A stretch of 64,000 nt of DNA from Candidatus Kaiserbacteria bacterium (GTDB taxonomy: Bacteria > Patescibacteriota > Minisyncoccia > Phycocordibacterales > UBA2100). Under the pieces are notes generated by a model. The model did no database searches, was not told the origin of the DNA, and saw only the letters and a list, made by a program, of their open reading frames with translations. Shown here in pieces: positions 63,477 to 64,000 of the stretch. Each line of letters begins with the position of its first letter. Position 1 is the first letter of the stretch. A program made the translations under genes and the position numbers. The DNA lies in the NCBI GenBank assembly GCA_016214605.1, contig JACROD010000012.1, positions 57 through 64,056 of the forward strand, given 5' to 3'.

Positions 63477-63881
63477 ATGCATTGGCCGCGATGGCGTGCG
63501 ATGGCGCATAAAATATCTGTGACATTGCGTTATGCGTGGCCGGAAACCGATGTCGTGGTGCTAGCGTTTGTCGCAGGTATCGCCATGTTGGCTGCCGGAG
63601 CCGCTGCGACCTTGGCGACGAGTGTATTCTCGGTGTTATCGGACTCCGCTAGTCTGGGCATGTGGTGCGGGATCTTTGCAACTTTGGCGGCAACTCAAGT
63701 TGCCGTTGGTGCGTGGTTTATCCCCATCTTTCCGCGCTGGTATGTGACCGACGTCACATCAGAAAACAGGTTCAAGATGGGTCATGTTTTGCGGCACTCG
63801 TGTCCCGTTAAAATCAACATGACACAAAAAATATCCAGCAAACGCGGGATATTTTCATCATTTACGCCGTTCACGATTTGA
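63477..63881 (+). CDS. Hypothetical membrane protein; start unresolved (a 39-codon ORF starting at the SD-preceded ATG at 63403 overlaps in another frame)
   Basis: A 134 aa hydrophobic ORF. The only strong RBS is in front of the ATG at 63403, which opens a short Arg-rich ORF ending at 63522. Confidence 0.35.
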   Translation: MHWPRWRAMAHKISVTLRYAWPETDVVVLAFVAGIAMLAAGAAATLATSVFSVLSDSASLGMWCGIFATLAATQVAVGAWFIPIFPRWYVTDVTSENRFKMGHVLRHSCPVKINMTQKISSKRGIFSSFTPFTI

Positions 63882-64000
63882 ATTCGCCGTCGACCGGCTC
63901 GGGCGATACTGGAGGCATACCAGCCTCCTAACCAATATCGCCATATGCACATCGGCACCTACGTATTCAGCGAGATCATGGAATGTATTCCGCGCCGCGC

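Overview
This 64 kb window reads as bacterial chromosome. Mean GC is high, roughly upper-50s % by eye, with several clearly AT-rich patches. Housekeeping genes are recognisable from conserved motifs in the supplied translations: fba (class II aldolase), rplY/ctc, ychF, leuS, cysS, corA, an S41 C-terminal processing protease, rplI, rpmA, gltX, an M23 peptidase, the murG-ftsW-mraY cell-wall block, dnaB, recR, dnaE, thrS and gyrB. Between these sit accessory genes for cell-surface proteins. There are three paralogous 1000-1200 aa secreted proteins that share an Ig-like module, and a 1064 aa protein made of about ten tandem Ig/cadherin-like repeats. Next to the repeat protein is an AT-rich glycosylation cassette (DUF2723-type GT-C glycosyltransferase, GT2 polyprenyl-phosphate sugar synthase, SAM methyltransferase). 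Further on are a 1084 aa lipase-like alpha/beta hydrolase, a (YDYSTP)n tandem-repeat surface protein, a sortase and a CARDB-domain protein. The most unusual single item is leuS. It carries an in-frame, about 160 aa insertion with a perfect Nudix-box signature, and this insertion plus the small gene just upstream are markedly AT-rich compared with the rest of leuS. Other structured signals follow. A PaaX-family winged-helix regulator has a duplicated roughly 40 bp promoter/operator block with an ACGGCCGT palindrome core in front of itself and of the next gene. dnaE contains an in-frame insertion made of two copies of a 17-19 bp palindrome. A heptamer (ACAGTTG) repeat family occurs both in the dnaB-recR spacer and inside leuS. 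Three strong palindromes sit immediately downstream of thrS. A conserved 5' leader hairpin precedes two adjacent membrane-protein genes. There is a HicAB toxin-antitoxin pair. A flavin amine-oxidase gene is broken by a frameshift. A 600 bp repeat-rich non-coding block lies beside an AT-rich two-gene cassette. I found no rRNA, tRNA or CRISPR array. All functional calls come from motif-level reading of the provided translations and of the DNA; no database searches were run.
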